Shown here piece after piece: positions 32,701 to 42,704 of a DNA stretch of 64,000 nt; the first letter of the stretch is position 1; each line of letters starts with the position of its first letter. The DNA is from an uncultured delta proteobacterium (lineage in GTDB: Bacteria; Desulfobacterota; Syntrophia; Syntrophales; UBA2185): NCBI GenBank assembly GCA_963695875.1, contig CAVOID010000003.1, forward strand, positions 384,001-448,000, in the 5' to 3' direction. The notes below the pieces were generated by a model that saw only the letters and a program-made list of their open reading frames with translations, was not told where the DNA came from and ran no database searches. Position numbers and translations under genes: made by a program.

Positions 32701-33093
32701 CTATTCCCCTTTTAGCCTTTCTATTTTTTCCTGTTTAGTTTTACAATCGATGCAGAGAGTTGTTACAGGTCTTGCCATCAGTCTTTTTTCAGATATGGGA
32801 CCGCCGCATACATCACACATGCCAAAGAGGCCATCATCGATGCGTTTTATTGCTTCTTGAATTTTTACGAGTAACTTTCTTTCTCTGTCTCTTATGCGGA
32901 GCTCGAAGTTCCTGTCTGATTCGAGGGTTGCTCTGTCATTGGGATCAGGAAAATTTTCCTTCCCCGTTGTCATGTCGGAAACGGTCTTTTCTGCTTCATC
33001 GAGTAATTCATTTGCTTTTTGAGCTAGCAGGCGTCTGAAAAATTGCAGCTTCTCAGGTTTCATGGTTTGTATTTTTTCTGGTTTCGTGGTCAT
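32701..33093 (-). CDS. dksA: RNA polymerase-binding protein DksA
   Basis: PDPNDRATLE (DxxDxA), RDRERKL, CDVC...CIDC zinc finger. Confidence 0.95.
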   Translation of the reverse strand: MTTKPEKIQTMKPEKLQFFRRLLAQKANELLDEAEKTVSDMTTGKENFPDPNDRATLESDRNFELRIRDRERKLLVKIQEAIKRIDDGLFGMCDVCGGPISEKRLMARPVTTLCIDCKTKQEKIERLKGE

Positions 33094-33223
33094 TTCGGAT
33101 CACCCTACATAATGTCTATAATATGAAGAGTGCTTCATACATAAAGAAAACCTTTTTGTAAAGGAAAAAAATCGGTTGAACGATAAAAGATATTTGTTTT
33201 GAAATTATAAGTGTTTATGCCTT

Positions 33224-33707
33224 TCAATTCTTGCCATAGACTTCTATTATTTTTTCAATAACATTCGTTGTTGAGGATCCTTTGATTTCGGGAATGATGA
33301 TTACCCTGCCACCCCATTTTTCTAGTGATTTTCGACCCACTACCTGTTCCTCTTTCCAGTCGCCTCCTTTCACAAGTCACATCAGGCTTCAGATATTCGA
33401 TTAACTCAAGGGGGGTGAGTTCGGGGAAAATAGTTACATAATCAACCGATTCGAGGGCCGCAACAACATCTGCCCGCTCGTTTTCGGGGATAACTGGCCG
33501 TTTTTGTCCTTTTATGGACCGGACTGAGTCATCGCTGTTGAGACCGAGAACCAGGACATCGCCCTGCTTTTTCGCTTCTTCAAGATACCGTGTATGCCCT
33601 ACGTGGAGGATGTCGAAACAACCATTTGTGAAGATAATTTTTTTTCCTTCTTTCCGAAGACGGTCAATTATTTTCTTCAGTTCTTCCCGGGAGTAAATTT
33701 TTTCCAT
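33224..33707 (-). CDS. rfaE2: D-glycero-beta-D-manno-heptose 1-phosphate adenylyltransferase (frameshift near 3' end)
   Basis: [32 protein letters not shown] and STTNVI in a shifted frame. Confidence 0.9.
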
Positions 33708-33729
33708 AATAATTTCTCTTGTCCTTCCG

Positions 33730-34458
33730 TCAGACTGCTCTGGCAAGTGTGATAACCGCTACTGCCGCAGCCTTGTTTTTCATCAATACCCGTGCACATT
33801 CTTTTACAGTGCTCCCTGATGTGTATACATCATCCACCAGAATAATTCTTTGTCCTTTTATCTTGTCCGGATCAGTAACGGAAAAAACGCCGTGCACATT
33901 CGATTCCCGTTCCTTTTTCCCAAGACTGATCTGTGGTTCTGTGTTGATATGCCGCCTGAGCGTCATGAAGTCTAACGATACGGTGAATTTTTTGGAAATT
34001 CCCTTGGCGAGGATTAACGACTGGTTAAATCCGCGTTCCCTCAGCTTTTTAGGATGAAGAGGGACCGGCACTATCAAAGAATTTTCTGAGATATTGAATA
34101 AGGGGTATGCAAATTCTGCCATTAATCTTCCCAGGGTTTCTCCGATGTAGATTTTCCCCTTGTATTTGAATCGGTGGATCGCTTCCAAGAGTACGGTTTC
34201 ATAAAATCCAACTGCTCGGGCTACAGAGAAGACTGATTTTGTGGTGATACAATCGCCGCATAGATGATTACATCTGTCGGCGCCTGCAAATGGAGTACCG
34301 CAGCATGGGCATAGCGGTGATCGGATGAAATGTATCTTTGAAAAACATGCAGGGCAGAAAGGAGTATGTTTTTGATGGTCGACGATTGCTGCACATGTCA
34401 AACATCTGGGTGGGAATACAATATCGGCAAGAGCCGTCAGGGTACGTTTCAATTTCAA
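33730..34458 (-). CDS. comF: ComF family phosphoribosyltransferase with double zinc ribbon
   Basis: Four Cxx[24 protein letters not shown]. Confidence 0.92.
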   Translation of the reverse strand: MKLKRTLTALADIVFPPRCLTCAAIVDHQKHTPFCPACFSKIHFIRSPLCPCCGTPFAGADRCNHLCGDCITTKSVFSVARAVGFYETVLLEAIHRFKYKGKIYIGETLGRLMAEFAYPLFNISENSLIVPVPLHPKKLRERGFNQSLILAKGISKKFTVSLDFMTLRRHINTEPQISLGKKERESNVHGVFSVTDPDKIKGQRIILVDDVYTSGSTVKECARVLMKNKAAAVAVITLARAV

Positions 34459-34856
34459 ATCCCCTTGTCGAGGGCGGTCAATTCGGTAACTTCATCATCG
34501 ACCTTCATGCGTGGTGCATCTGACCATAGACGCTCAATATCGTAGAATTCCCTTATGGGTTCATAAAAAACATGAATGATTACATCTTCATAGTCTATGA
34601 GAACCCATTTTCCGAGTCTTTCACCCTCGACGCCAAGGGGTAAAATACCATATTCTTTCAGCATTTCTTGAATTGATGCAGCTATGGCCTGGACCTGCCG
34701 GTCAGACGTTCCGCTGCAGATGATGAAATAGTCTGCGAAGGAAGACAACTCTTTGACATTTAAAATAATTAAATCTTTAGCCTTTTTATTTATAGAAGCA
34801 TTAACGCACAGGAGTACCTGCTCCTTTCCATCTATGCTTTCTTTAACCAATAACAC
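34455..34856 (-). CDS. rsfS: Ribosome silencing factor
   Basis: ADYFIICSGTSDRQV, WVLIDY, REFYDIERLW. Confidence 0.95.
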   Translation of the reverse strand: MLLVKESIDGKEQVLLCVNASINKKAKDLIILNVKELSSFADYFIICSGTSDRQVQAIAASIQEMLKEYGILPLGVEGERLGKWVLIDYEDVIIHVFYEPIREFYDIERLWSDAPRMKVDDEVTELTALDKGI

Positions 34857-35050
34857 CTCCTTGACCAGTGTACGTTGAAAATCATTTAATTATACTCGAC
34901 AACTCTTTCATTTTACAATTATATTGTTCCGTTTAGCAACAAAATTTTGCTGTTCGTGATATTTACCTGCCTCCTAAATTGCGGTTGTTAAATAGTGACC
35001 CCGTATGATAAAGGGAGCATCATTTTAAATTTAATGATGCCTGGCTTTTT

Positions 35051-35140
35051 TGAAGCTATCCGCCCGCAGGGCGGGGCTGCCCGAAAACGAAGATATGCTT
35101 GCATTGTCCCCCTTATCCCCGCCTGTAAGGCGGGGCTTGC
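35051..35140 (+). repeat. Dispersed ~90-bp element with two GC-rich palindromes (copy 1)
   Basis: Aligns end to end with the reverse complement of 52075-52162; hairpins CCGCCCGCAGGGCGG and CCCCGCCTGTAAGGCGGGG. Confidence 0.8.
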
Positions 35141-35168
35141 ACTGAGGATTATGCGTTAATTCCTCATA

Positions 35169-35972
35169 ATGGAATCCAGTATGCATGATATATTAGAAGT
35201 AATTCAGGTTCATATGCCGTTTGATTTTCTCTATAATAAATATCTCCCGATGGTTATTAAAGAGAGGATAAATCCTGAAATCAGCTTCAATCATTATACT
35301 CTCGATCATTTCAAGAAGGAGGATTACACCAGAGTTGCCGATCGGCTCTTGGAGGCAGGTTTGATGATTACCTTCCATGCGCCCTTTATGGATTTGAGAC
35401 CCGGGGCCATAGATCCTGAGATAAGGCAGGTTACCATAGAGCGCCTGAAGCAGGTATTTGATCTCGTCCCTTATTTTCGGCCTCTTTCCGTAGTCTGTCA
35501 CGCGTCGTTCGATAAGAGATACTATGTGTCGAGTGAGCAGACGTGGCTGAAAAACAGTATTGAAACGTGGCAGCAGTTGTTAACACAAGCCATGGAGATG
35601 AAGACCATCATTGCTCTGGAAAATGTTTATGAAGGCGACTGTCAGCAATTGAGTCTTCTTCTTGATGCATTTCCTTCCCCTCATGTCTGTTTTTGCTTTG
35701 ATACCGGCCATTTTAATGTCTTCTCCGAGACTCCTCTGGAAGAATGGATGATTAGTTTAGGATCACGCATCGGACAGATTCATATCCATGACAATAACGG
35801 GCTCCTTGATGAACATCTCCCTGTAGGTGATGGTAACTTTCCCTTCCGGGACTTTTTCGGAATAATCCGTAAAAAGGGGATTAATCCCATTATTACCGTT
35901 GAGTCTCATACGGAGAAACATCTGTGGCGTATGTTAGAAAATATTAAGGCTATGAAACTGTTCGTGCAATAG
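35169..35972 (+). CDS. Sugar phosphate isomerase/epimerase family (xylose isomerase-like TIM barrel) protein
   Basis: HAPFMD, LENV, FDTGHF, HIHDN, HLPVG. Confidence 0.85.
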   Translation: MESSMHDILEVIQVHMPFDFLYNKYLPMVIKERINPEISFNHYTLDHFKKEDYTRVADRLLEAGLMITFHAPFMDLRPGAIDPEIRQVTIERLKQVFDLVPYFRPLSVVCHASFDKRYYVSSEQTWLKNSIETWQQLLTQAMEMKTIIALENVYEGDCQQLSLLLDAFPSPHVCFCFDTGHFNVFSETPLEEWMISLGSRIGQIHIHDNNGLLDEHLPVGDGNFPFRDFFGIIRKKGINPIITVESHTEKHLWRMLENIKAMKLFVQ

Positions 35973-36006
35973 GGATCAGAGGGAAGAGACAGGCAGGGAG
36001 TATAAT

Positions 36007-36981
36007 TTGATCAGATACATCGTCAAAAGATTGATATTCATGGTTCCCCTTCTTATTGGCATTACCATTGTCTGTTTTGTCGTTATGCACCTTGCCCCCG
36101 GCTCTCCCACCGACATGGAAACACAGATGAACCCCAGGGCATCCGCAGATTACCGGGAGCGTTTAATGGCGATGTACGACCTTGATAAACCTCTCCACCA
36201 GCAGTATTTATCCTGGGTCGGAAAAGTTGCCGTGCTGGATCTGGGAAAATCATTTTCCCCGGACCGCAGGCCGGTCACTGGCAAGATCATCGAAAGGCTT
36301 CCCATTACCATCCTCATAAATGTACTATCCATGATCCTGATTCTGGTTATTGCGATACCCCTCGGCGTACTTTCCGCCGTCTATCAGAATTCCCTGTTCG
36401 ATAAGGCGGCCGGTGTTTTCGTATTCATCGGATTTGCCGTACCCACTTTCTGGCTGGCGCTACTTTTAATGATTTTCTTCGGGATCGACCTTGCCTGGCT
36501 TCCCATATCGGGTATCAGGTCCTTGAATTATGAATACCTTCCACCGGGGGCGGTCTTTCTGGATTTGATAAAGCATCTGATACTCCCCGTAACGCTTTCG
36601 GCATTTGGCGGACTCGCAGGCCTGTCTCGGTATATGAGGTCCAATATGCTGGAGGTGATCAGGCAGGATTATATCATGACGGCTAGGGCGAAGGGTTTAC
36701 GTGAGCGAACGGTCATCTATAAGCACGCCCTCAGGAACGCCCTGCTTCCTGTTATCACCATCCTGGGTTTGTCCGTGCCCGGTCTTATCGGAGGAAGTGT
36801 CATCTTCGAGACCATTTTCGCCATACCCGGTATGGGACAACTTTTTTACATGTCTGTCATGGCCAGGGATTATCCTGTCGTAATGGGAATTCTTTTCATA
36901 GGGGCGGTATTGACCCTGCTGGGGAATCTGATTGCCGATGTCTCCTATGCCCTGGCTGATCCGAGGATCAGGGTATCATAA
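36007..36981 (+). CDS. Peptide ABC transporter permease, DppB/OppB-like
   Basis: [35 protein letters not shown]. Confidence 0.93.
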   Translation: MIRYIVKRLIFMVPLLIGITIVCFVVMHLAPGSPTDMETQMNPRASADYRERLMAMYDLDKPLHQQYLSWVGKVAVLDLGKSFSPDRRPVTGKIIERLPITILINVLSMILILVIAIPLGVLSAVYQNSLFDKAAGVFVFIGFAVPTFWLALLLMIFFGIDLAWLPISGIRSLNYEYLPPGAVFLDLIKHLILPVTLSAFGGLAGLSRYMRSNMLEVIRQDYIMTARAKGLRERTVIYKHALRNALLPVITILGLSVPGLIGGSVIFETIFAIPGMGQLFYMSVMARDYPVVMGILFIGAVLTLLGNLIADVSYALADPRIRVS

Positions 36982-36992
36982 TGGTGTAAAGT

Positions 36993-37823
36993 GTGAGAAC
37001 CGAGTTCTGGAAGAGATTTTCAAAAAACAAGATCGCCTTGGCCGGGAGCTGCGTTGTTATTCTGTTGTTTATAATTTCCATCCTCGCGCCATGGCTTTCT
37101 CCTTACGATCCCAATCAGATTAATCTTAAGCTTGTACTATCGCCGCCTTCCGGCAGTCACCTGTTTGGGACGGATCAGCTGGGCCGGGATGTCCTGTCAA
37201 GGATGATCTGGGGGGCCAGGATATCACTGAAGGTGGGGTTTGTGGCTACGGGTATCGCCATCCTGATCGGGGCCGTTCTGGGCGCTGTAGCGGGGTATTA
37301 CGGAAGGTGGATAGATGCTGTGATTATGAGGTTCGTGGATATAATGCTCTGCTTCCCGACATTCTTCCTCATTTTGGCTGTAATTGCAATCCTTGAACCA
37401 TCTATCTGGAACATCATGATCATCATCGGCCTGACCGGTTGGATGGGGATCACGCGCCTTGTCCGTGCAGATTTCACATCCCTGAAAGAGAGGGATTTCG
37501 TGCTTGCAGCCAGGGCGATCGGCGCCGGCGATTTCCGGATTATCTTTATACATATTCTTCCTAACGCCATGGCATCCGTACTTGTTGCCGCGACACTGGG
37601 TGTTGCCGGTGCTATTCTCACGGAGTCCGCCCTCAGTTTTCTGGGTATCGGCGTTCAGCCTCCCACACCAAGCTGGGGGAATATTCTCACGGCTGGTAAG
37701 GATAACATCGATATCGCCTGGTGGCTTTCCTTCTATCCCGGTTTAGCCATCCTGATTACCGTCCTCGGGTACAATCTCCTGGGTGAAGGAATACGGGATT
37801 CTCTGGATCCGAGACTCAGATGA
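36993..37823 (+). CDS. Peptide ABC transporter permease, DppC/OppC-like
   Basis: FGTDQLGRD, AARAIGA, ESALSFLGIG, PSWG. Confidence 0.93.
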   Translation: MRTEFWKRFSKNKIALAGSCVVILLFIISILAPWLSPYDPNQINLKLVLSPPSGSHLFGTDQLGRDVLSRMIWGARISLKVGFVATGIAILIGAVLGAVAGYYGRWIDAVIMRFVDIMLCFPTFFLILAVIAILEPSIWNIMIIIGLTGWMGITRLVRADFTSLKERDFVLAARAIGAGDFRIIFIHILPNAMASVLVAATLGVAGAILTESALSFLGIGVQPPTPSWGNILTAGKDNIDIAWWLSFYPGLAILITVLGYNLLGEGIRDSLDPRLR

Positions 37824-37883
37824 GGGAATTTTCCGCGATATTATTTTCCGTTCAGCAAAAGGTGTTATTCTTTTCTCAGTCCA

Positions 37884-38735
37884 TTAAACCGCTTCCCAGC
37901 GCGCAATTGCCTCCACAGCCATGCAGCGACCCTGCTCATAACCTTCCTGAAGGATGACGCGATTATGGCTTAGTCGCGACACACGAAAGTTCTCGGGCGG
38001 ACAAACTTCAACGATGGATACGCCGTCCGGCGGCTTGCGGATGAGCGCCACCGATTCGTTATAGTGCCGGACACGCTTCGCCATCGCCTGTTGCAGCATG
38101 GGGTAACGCCCCACGCGCCAGCGCATGAAGAAATCAAACAGTCCCTGACGCTTAACGTAGTCTAGACGCCGTGACCGAAGGACCATAATGCGGCTGGCCC
38201 CACGATAAATTGCCTCACCCACCGGTATTGCATCCGCTACCCCGCCATCTGTCGTCTGTCGTCCGTCGACCATCGGGTAATCCCTGTAAAAAAGCGGCAT
38301 GGCGCTGGAAGCTTTAAGAACATGCTCAAGATCCCGGGAACTGGTTATCTTGTAGATTGCCTCGCCTGTTTGCGTATCGGTCAAGACAACTATAAAGGGT
38401 TTGTTTTTGGCATAAATCTTCTGCAAGTCAAGACGGATTTCCCGGATGGTGATATTCCAGAGCCAGTCAAGGTCTATCAGATGACTGCCGCGAAAAAACC
38501 TGGTAAAACTGATAAACTCCGGCCGTAACGAATAGTCTATGTAGATACTGCTGTTGCGGCCGATCATTTCGGCAAGGTATGCCGCGAGGTTGGATGCACC
38601 CGAAGAAACCCCTATATAAAAATCAAAGGGATTGAATTGCGCTTCGAGAAAGCCGTCCATAACCCCTGTGGAGAAGACTCCTCGCAGCGCGCCTCCCTCT
38701 ACGACCAACGCCGTATCTAATGGTTGATTTGACAA
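37884..38735 (-). CDS. Patatin-like phospholipase family protein
   Basis: EGGALRG, GVSSG (GxSxG), DGG. Confidence 0.9.
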   Translation of the reverse strand: MSNQPLDTALVVEGGALRGVFSTGVMDGFLEAQFNPFDFYIGVSSGASNLAAYLAEMIGRNSSIYIDYSLRPEFISFTRFFRGSHLIDLDWLWNITIREIRLDLQKIYAKNKPFIVVLTDTQTGEAIYKITSSRDLEHVLKASSAMPLFYRDYPMVDGRQTTDGGVADAIPVGEAIYRGASRIMVLRSRRLDYVKRQGLFDFFMRWRVGRYPMLQQAMAKRVRHYNESVALIRKPPDGVSIVEVCPPENFRVSRLSHNRVILQEGYEQGRCMAVEAIARWEAV

Positions 38736-38904
38736 CGTTTCAAACCGAGAATTTCTATGGCTACTTCGTGGCGGTATTTATAAACCTCCCGAACCGGTCC
38801 AGGCCGAGGGAGTTAAAACCACCGTAACTCTTGCAGCAGCATCCGATGAACCGCACCGCAGTCTGGTCACGGCTATTAGCATGCCCATGCAGCAGGATTG
38901 AACC

Positions 38905-39855
38905 CTACTGGGCCTGATTGATGGCGGATAGCTGCCATCTGTTGTTTCCTGCGGGCCTGGTAAAAGTCCAGTATTCCTCGAATTTCACAGGCTCTGTTTT
39001 GCTTCCCGACAATAATTCGCCATTTTCGCTTACTGTGTAATCCAGAAGGCTGGCCAGGAATCTAACGGTAATAAAGTCAATGCCTCCTTCCTGCCATGCT
39101 TCGGTGATGTCCACGGATCTGACTGCAATGTTATCAAGTTTGTTGATCTTCTTTTCTGCTTTCAGTTTATCAGCATCCCTCTGAAAAATCCCGAACATCT
39201 CCTCTGTAAGAATATCTTTCACACTGGCCATGTCACGGTTGATCCACGCGCCCTGAATCTTGAAGAAATTATCCATGCAGAGATCGGAGAATCTGGCTTT
39301 GTCAAAAGAGGAGTCCAATTGTCGAATATGGCTGATTCCTGTTTGAACGTCACTTTCAGTAAACCCCTGAGATTGAGAAGAAGGTGAATATGGTGTCTGC
39401 CGTTCCATGGAGGGAGCTGTGCCTGTCTGATAATAAGTCCCGGCTGCAGATTCCGCCTGTTTCTTTCTTCTGAAATATGAATACAGGAAATAAAGAAGAC
39501 CACCAATGAGGATAATCTCTAAAAGCCCGATGCCGCTTCCGCCAAAACCGCCCATGCCCATACCACCGAAAAGCAGACTGCCCAGAAAGCCGCCCGCTAC
39601 GCCCATGGCGAGACCTCTCCAAATGCTCGGCTGCTGTATCTGAGGACTCGTCGGTTGTGATGGAGGTGTCGTTTGGCGGGACGGGGATGAAGATGAGTAA
39701 GGACTGCTTGGTGAGCTGTATGAACGGGAACCCCGGCTGCCTGAAGATGTTCCCCCTCCTACCCTGGCAAAAACATCCAGTTCTGTTATCCATATGAAAA
39801 GAAACATAAATGTAAAAAGTGTTATTCCTATTTTTGACCATTTTCCTGAAAACAT
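38905..39855 (-). CDS. Tim44 domain-containing protein
   Basis: ARVGGGTSSGSRGSR N-terminus, GGFLGSLLFG, FEEYWTFTR, WQLSAINQ. Confidence 0.9.
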   Translation of the reverse strand: MFSGKWSKIGITLFTFMFLFIWITELDVFARVGGGTSSGSRGSRSYSSPSSPYSSSSPSRQTTPPSQPTSPQIQQPSIWRGLAMGVAGGFLGSLLFGGMGMGGFGGSGIGLLEIILIGGLLYFLYSYFRRKKQAESAAGTYYQTGTAPSMERQTPYSPSSQSQGFTESDVQTGISHIRQLDSSFDKARFSDLCMDNFFKIQGAWINRDMASVKDILTEEMFGIFQRDADKLKAEKKINKLDNIAVRSVDITEAWQEGGIDFITVRFLASLLDYTVSENGELLSGSKTEPVKFEEYWTFTRPAGNNRWQLSAINQAQ

Positions 39856-40117
39856 ATTTATTTCCTCCTTGCGGCGACTTGTCCCGTTCACGCGAATCGA
39901 TGGACTGGAAGATAATAACGGGACGATAGCGATCGTTTCGAATGGCGATTCTAAAAGATATATACTAAGGTGTCAACATCTGCTTTTCGTTTTGTTTTTT
40001 TTAAACAGATGGTGTATTAGAATCATCTGTCTTAATTTGGTGTGGGGGTTACTCTCGAAGCATCCTAATAATAACCCCTTCAATGGAACATTTTACAAAA
40101 AAAATCCAGGAGCATTC

Positions 40118-40897
40118 ATGGGTATTGAGCAATTAGACGGAAAAATCGTTGCGGCGGCAGATATGATCGTACGTGCCAGGAGCATCGTGGTTTTTACAGG
40201 TGCCGGAATCAGTACCGAGTCCGGCATCCCTGATTTTCGCAGCCCCGGTGGGATATGGACCAAATTCGATCCGGAAGATTTTACCATCCAGAAGTTCCTG
40301 TCGAGTCCGGAAACCAGGAAAAAACAGTGGAACATCCTACTTGAAGGGGGCCTTATAACAGATGCCAAACCGAACAGGGCTCATCATGCTGTTGCCGAAT
40401 TGGAGCAAATGGGCAAGTTGACCTGTGTTGTTACACAGAATATCGATAACCTCCATCAAAAGGCCGGCAACTCTCCGGATAAGGTATATGAACTGCACGG
40501 CAACATGAGGTACCTAAGATGCATAGACTGCGACGCGCGCTATCCGGTTGGTGAAATAGTGGAAAGATACCGTTTGAAGGATGATGTTCCTGATTGTGAA
40601 CTCTGCCATGGGATTTTAAAGCCCGATGTGGTTTTCTTTGGAGAAATGCTCCCTCAAGCGACGCTGAAAAGTGCGACTTTTCACGCAACCAGGTGCGATC
40701 TTATCATTGTCGTCGGCTCGTCTCTGGTCGTCTACCCGGCGGCCTCGATCCCGTTGTATGCCAAAGAGTCAGGGGCCAAACTGGTGATTATCAATAATAC
40801 GCCTACACCCTGCGACGACATCGCCGATGTTATCATCAATCATTCGGCCGGTGAGGTCATGGAAAAGCTACTGGAAGAAGTCAAGAAGAGTCTGTAG
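40118..40897 (+). CDS. cobB: NAD-dependent protein deacylase (Sir2 family)
   Basis: GAGISTESGIPDFRS, TQNIDNLH, ELHG, CIDC/CELC, KPDVVFFGE, GSSLVVYPAA; SD AGGAG. Confidence 0.95.
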   Translation: MGIEQLDGKIVAAADMIVRARSIVVFTGAGISTESGIPDFRSPGGIWTKFDPEDFTIQKFLSSPETRKKQWNILLEGGLITDAKPNRAHHAVAELEQMGKLTCVVTQNIDNLHQKAGNSPDKVYELHGNMRYLRCIDCDARYPVGEIVERYRLKDDVPDCELCHGILKPDVVFFGEMLPQATLKSATFHATRCDLIIVVGSSLVVYPAASIPLYAKESGAKLVIINNTPTPCDDIADVIINHSAGEVMEKLLEEVKKSL

Positions 40898-40923
40898 ACT
40901 AAAAAGATGCCCTGGGAATTAGT

Positions 40924-41460
40924 ATGCCGAGCGTGCAAGTAACAGAGACGGAAAGGTTGAAATTGGTCCCTCTTGACTTTGAGAGCATGAATCCTGACGA
41001 CCATCCGAAAATTGAGCAGAGACTGGGCCTGCAACTGGCCAGTATGATCTTAGGTGAACAGATCGACAGGGAGATCAAAGCAGCCATGAGAGCCTCTCTG
41101 GAGAATGTCATAAGAGATAAAAAGCAGGACCAATGGTATGCTGACTGGCAGAGCGTTCTGATTATACTGAAGGAAGAGAATGCAATCATAGGAGGATTCT
41201 GTTTCCAGAGATATCCTGATAAACATGGCTCAGTTCAAATCGGTTATATGATCCGACCCGAGTATCAGAGAAACGGATACATGACGGAGGCGCTGAAGCA
41301 GGGAATTTCATGGATATTTGAACGTCCCGACATATTATCCCTGCTCGCGCAAACAACGAAGTCCAACCTACCGTCTCACAGGGTTCTGGAAAAGATAGGC
41401 ATGACAGTGTATGAAGAAACGGCGAAAAGCCTCTGGTGGAAGATCGAGAAATGTGCCTGA
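40924..41460 (+). CDS. GNAT family N-acetyltransferase (RimJ/RimL-like)
   Basis: ETERLKL, IGYMIRPEYQRNGYMTEA acetyl-CoA loop, NLPSHRVLEKIG. Confidence 0.9.
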   Translation: MPSVQVTETERLKLVPLDFESMNPDDHPKIEQRLGLQLASMILGEQIDREIKAAMRASLENVIRDKKQDQWYADWQSVLIILKEENAIIGGFCFQRYPDKHGSVQIGYMIRPEYQRNGYMTEALKQGISWIFERPDILSLLAQTTKSNLPSHRVLEKIGMTVYEETAKSLWWKIEKCA

Positions 41461-42221
41461 TCCTTTTATCCTACAGGATGCATGACAGGTATCCCTTTAT
41501 CCTTGCAGCAAATCGGGATGAGTTTTACGCAAGGCCATCGGCAGCGGTATCTTTATGGAATGATGCGCCGGGTGTGATTGCGGGCAAGGACCTGCAGAGA
41601 GGAGGCACATGGCTGGGAATTACGAAAACGGGGCGTCTCGCCATGCTTACCAACTACCGTGAACGGACCCCTTTTGGGCAAAATGCGCCTTCACGGGGAT
41701 GGCTGGTGAGAAATTTCCTCTGCGGTCAGGAGGAGCCAAAAACTTATCTTGAAAAGATGGAAGTTGAAAAGGCTGAATATAACGGTTTCAGTCTGATTCT
41801 GGGAGATATGCATCATCTGCACTACATATCGAACCGGGGGGACACGTTGGAATTATCGCCGGGTCTATACGGTCTGAGCAACCGGCTTCTCGATACGCCC
41901 TGGCCTAAGATTAAGCGTGGGAAAGAAGCCTTCGGATCATTACTTTCCAAGTCAGACAATCCCCTTCCGGAAGATATCTTCCGCATTCTATCAGATCGAT
42001 CAAAGCCGAGCGATGAAGAACTTCCCGACACAGGAGTCGGACTGGAATGGGAGCGGATTCTTTCTTCCATATTTATAACGAGCCCCAGCTATGGCACGCG
42101 CTCCTCTTCGGTTATTATGATTGACAGGAGAAACCACGTCATGTTTATAGAGAGAGTATTTGATAACCATCCTGATCCATGGATGGAGGCAAAATTTGAA
42201 TTCAGGATTCATGAGAAATAG
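41451..42221 (+). CDS. NRDE/TANGO2 family protein
   Basis: MCLI start, AANRDEFYARP, GGTWLG, LTNYR, SRG, YNGFS, LSN, YGTRSS. Confidence 0.93.
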   Translation: MCLILLSYRMHDRYPFILAANRDEFYARPSAAVSLWNDAPGVIAGKDLQRGGTWLGITKTGRLAMLTNYRERTPFGQNAPSRGWLVRNFLCGQEEPKTYLEKMEVEKAEYNGFSLILGDMHHLHYISNRGDTLELSPGLYGLSNRLLDTPWPKIKRGKEAFGSLLSKSDNPLPEDIFRILSDRSKPSDEELPDTGVGLEWERILSSIFITSPSYGTRSSSVIMIDRRNHVMFIERVFDNHPDPWMEAKFEFRIHEK

Positions 42222-42235
42222 AGAGTGCAGACAGC

Positions 42236-42667
42236 ATGTCCAGGCGTGAATATCCCGACGGTCCGATTTGCGGCGTGGGGGCGGTGGTGATCAACGAGGG
42301 AAAGGTACTTCTGGTAAAGCGGGGCGTCGATCCTAATAGAGGACTATGGGCCATTCCCGGCGGCTCTTTAAAATTGGGCGAAACCCTGCAAGAAGGAGCC
42401 GAACGGGAGATATTGGAAGAAACAGGCATAACCATCAAGGCAAAGGAGCCCGTTTACTCTTTCGATTTTTTTGAGGTAGATGGAAAGGGGCGGGTTCGTT
42501 TTCACTACGTGGTTATTGACTTGATGGCCGATTATATTTGTGGTGAGGTACAGGGCGCTGACGACGCCCTGGAGGCCAGATGGGTGTCTCCAGAGGAGCT
42601 CAAAGACATGCAAGTATCCAAGAATACCCTGAAGATTCTGGATTTCCTGAGGGTTTTTTCTGACTAA
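42236..42667 (+). CDS. NUDIX hydrolase, ADP-ribose pyrophosphatase-like
   Basis: Nudix box PGGSLKLGETLQEGAEREILEETG; HYVVID, DDALEARW. Confidence 0.92.
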   Translation: MSRREYPDGPICGVGAVVINEGKVLLVKRGVDPNRGLWAIPGGSLKLGETLQEGAEREILEETGITIKAKEPVYSFDFFEVDGKGRVRFHYVVIDLMADYICGEVQGADDALEARWVSPEELKDMQVSKNTLKILDFLRVFSD

Positions 42668-42704
42668 CCTGATAGGTACTGACTTAGATCGAGGAGGTAT
42701 AACG

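Noticed and set aside
38770..38830. GAACCGGTCCAGGCCGAGGGAG as SRP RNA (ffs)
   Set aside because: It lacks the GNRA tetraloop and the AGCAG of SRP domain IV
39794..40117. 108-aa N-terminal extension of CobB suggested by the ORF track
   Set aside because: It overlaps the divergent Tim44 gene start; a good SD and ATG at 40118 give a normal-length sirtuin
40118..40897. Sir2 gene as an anti-phage defence NADase (Thoeris or DSR type)
   Set aside because: It is a classic CobB-type deacylase with a zinc-binding domain and no defence partner genes
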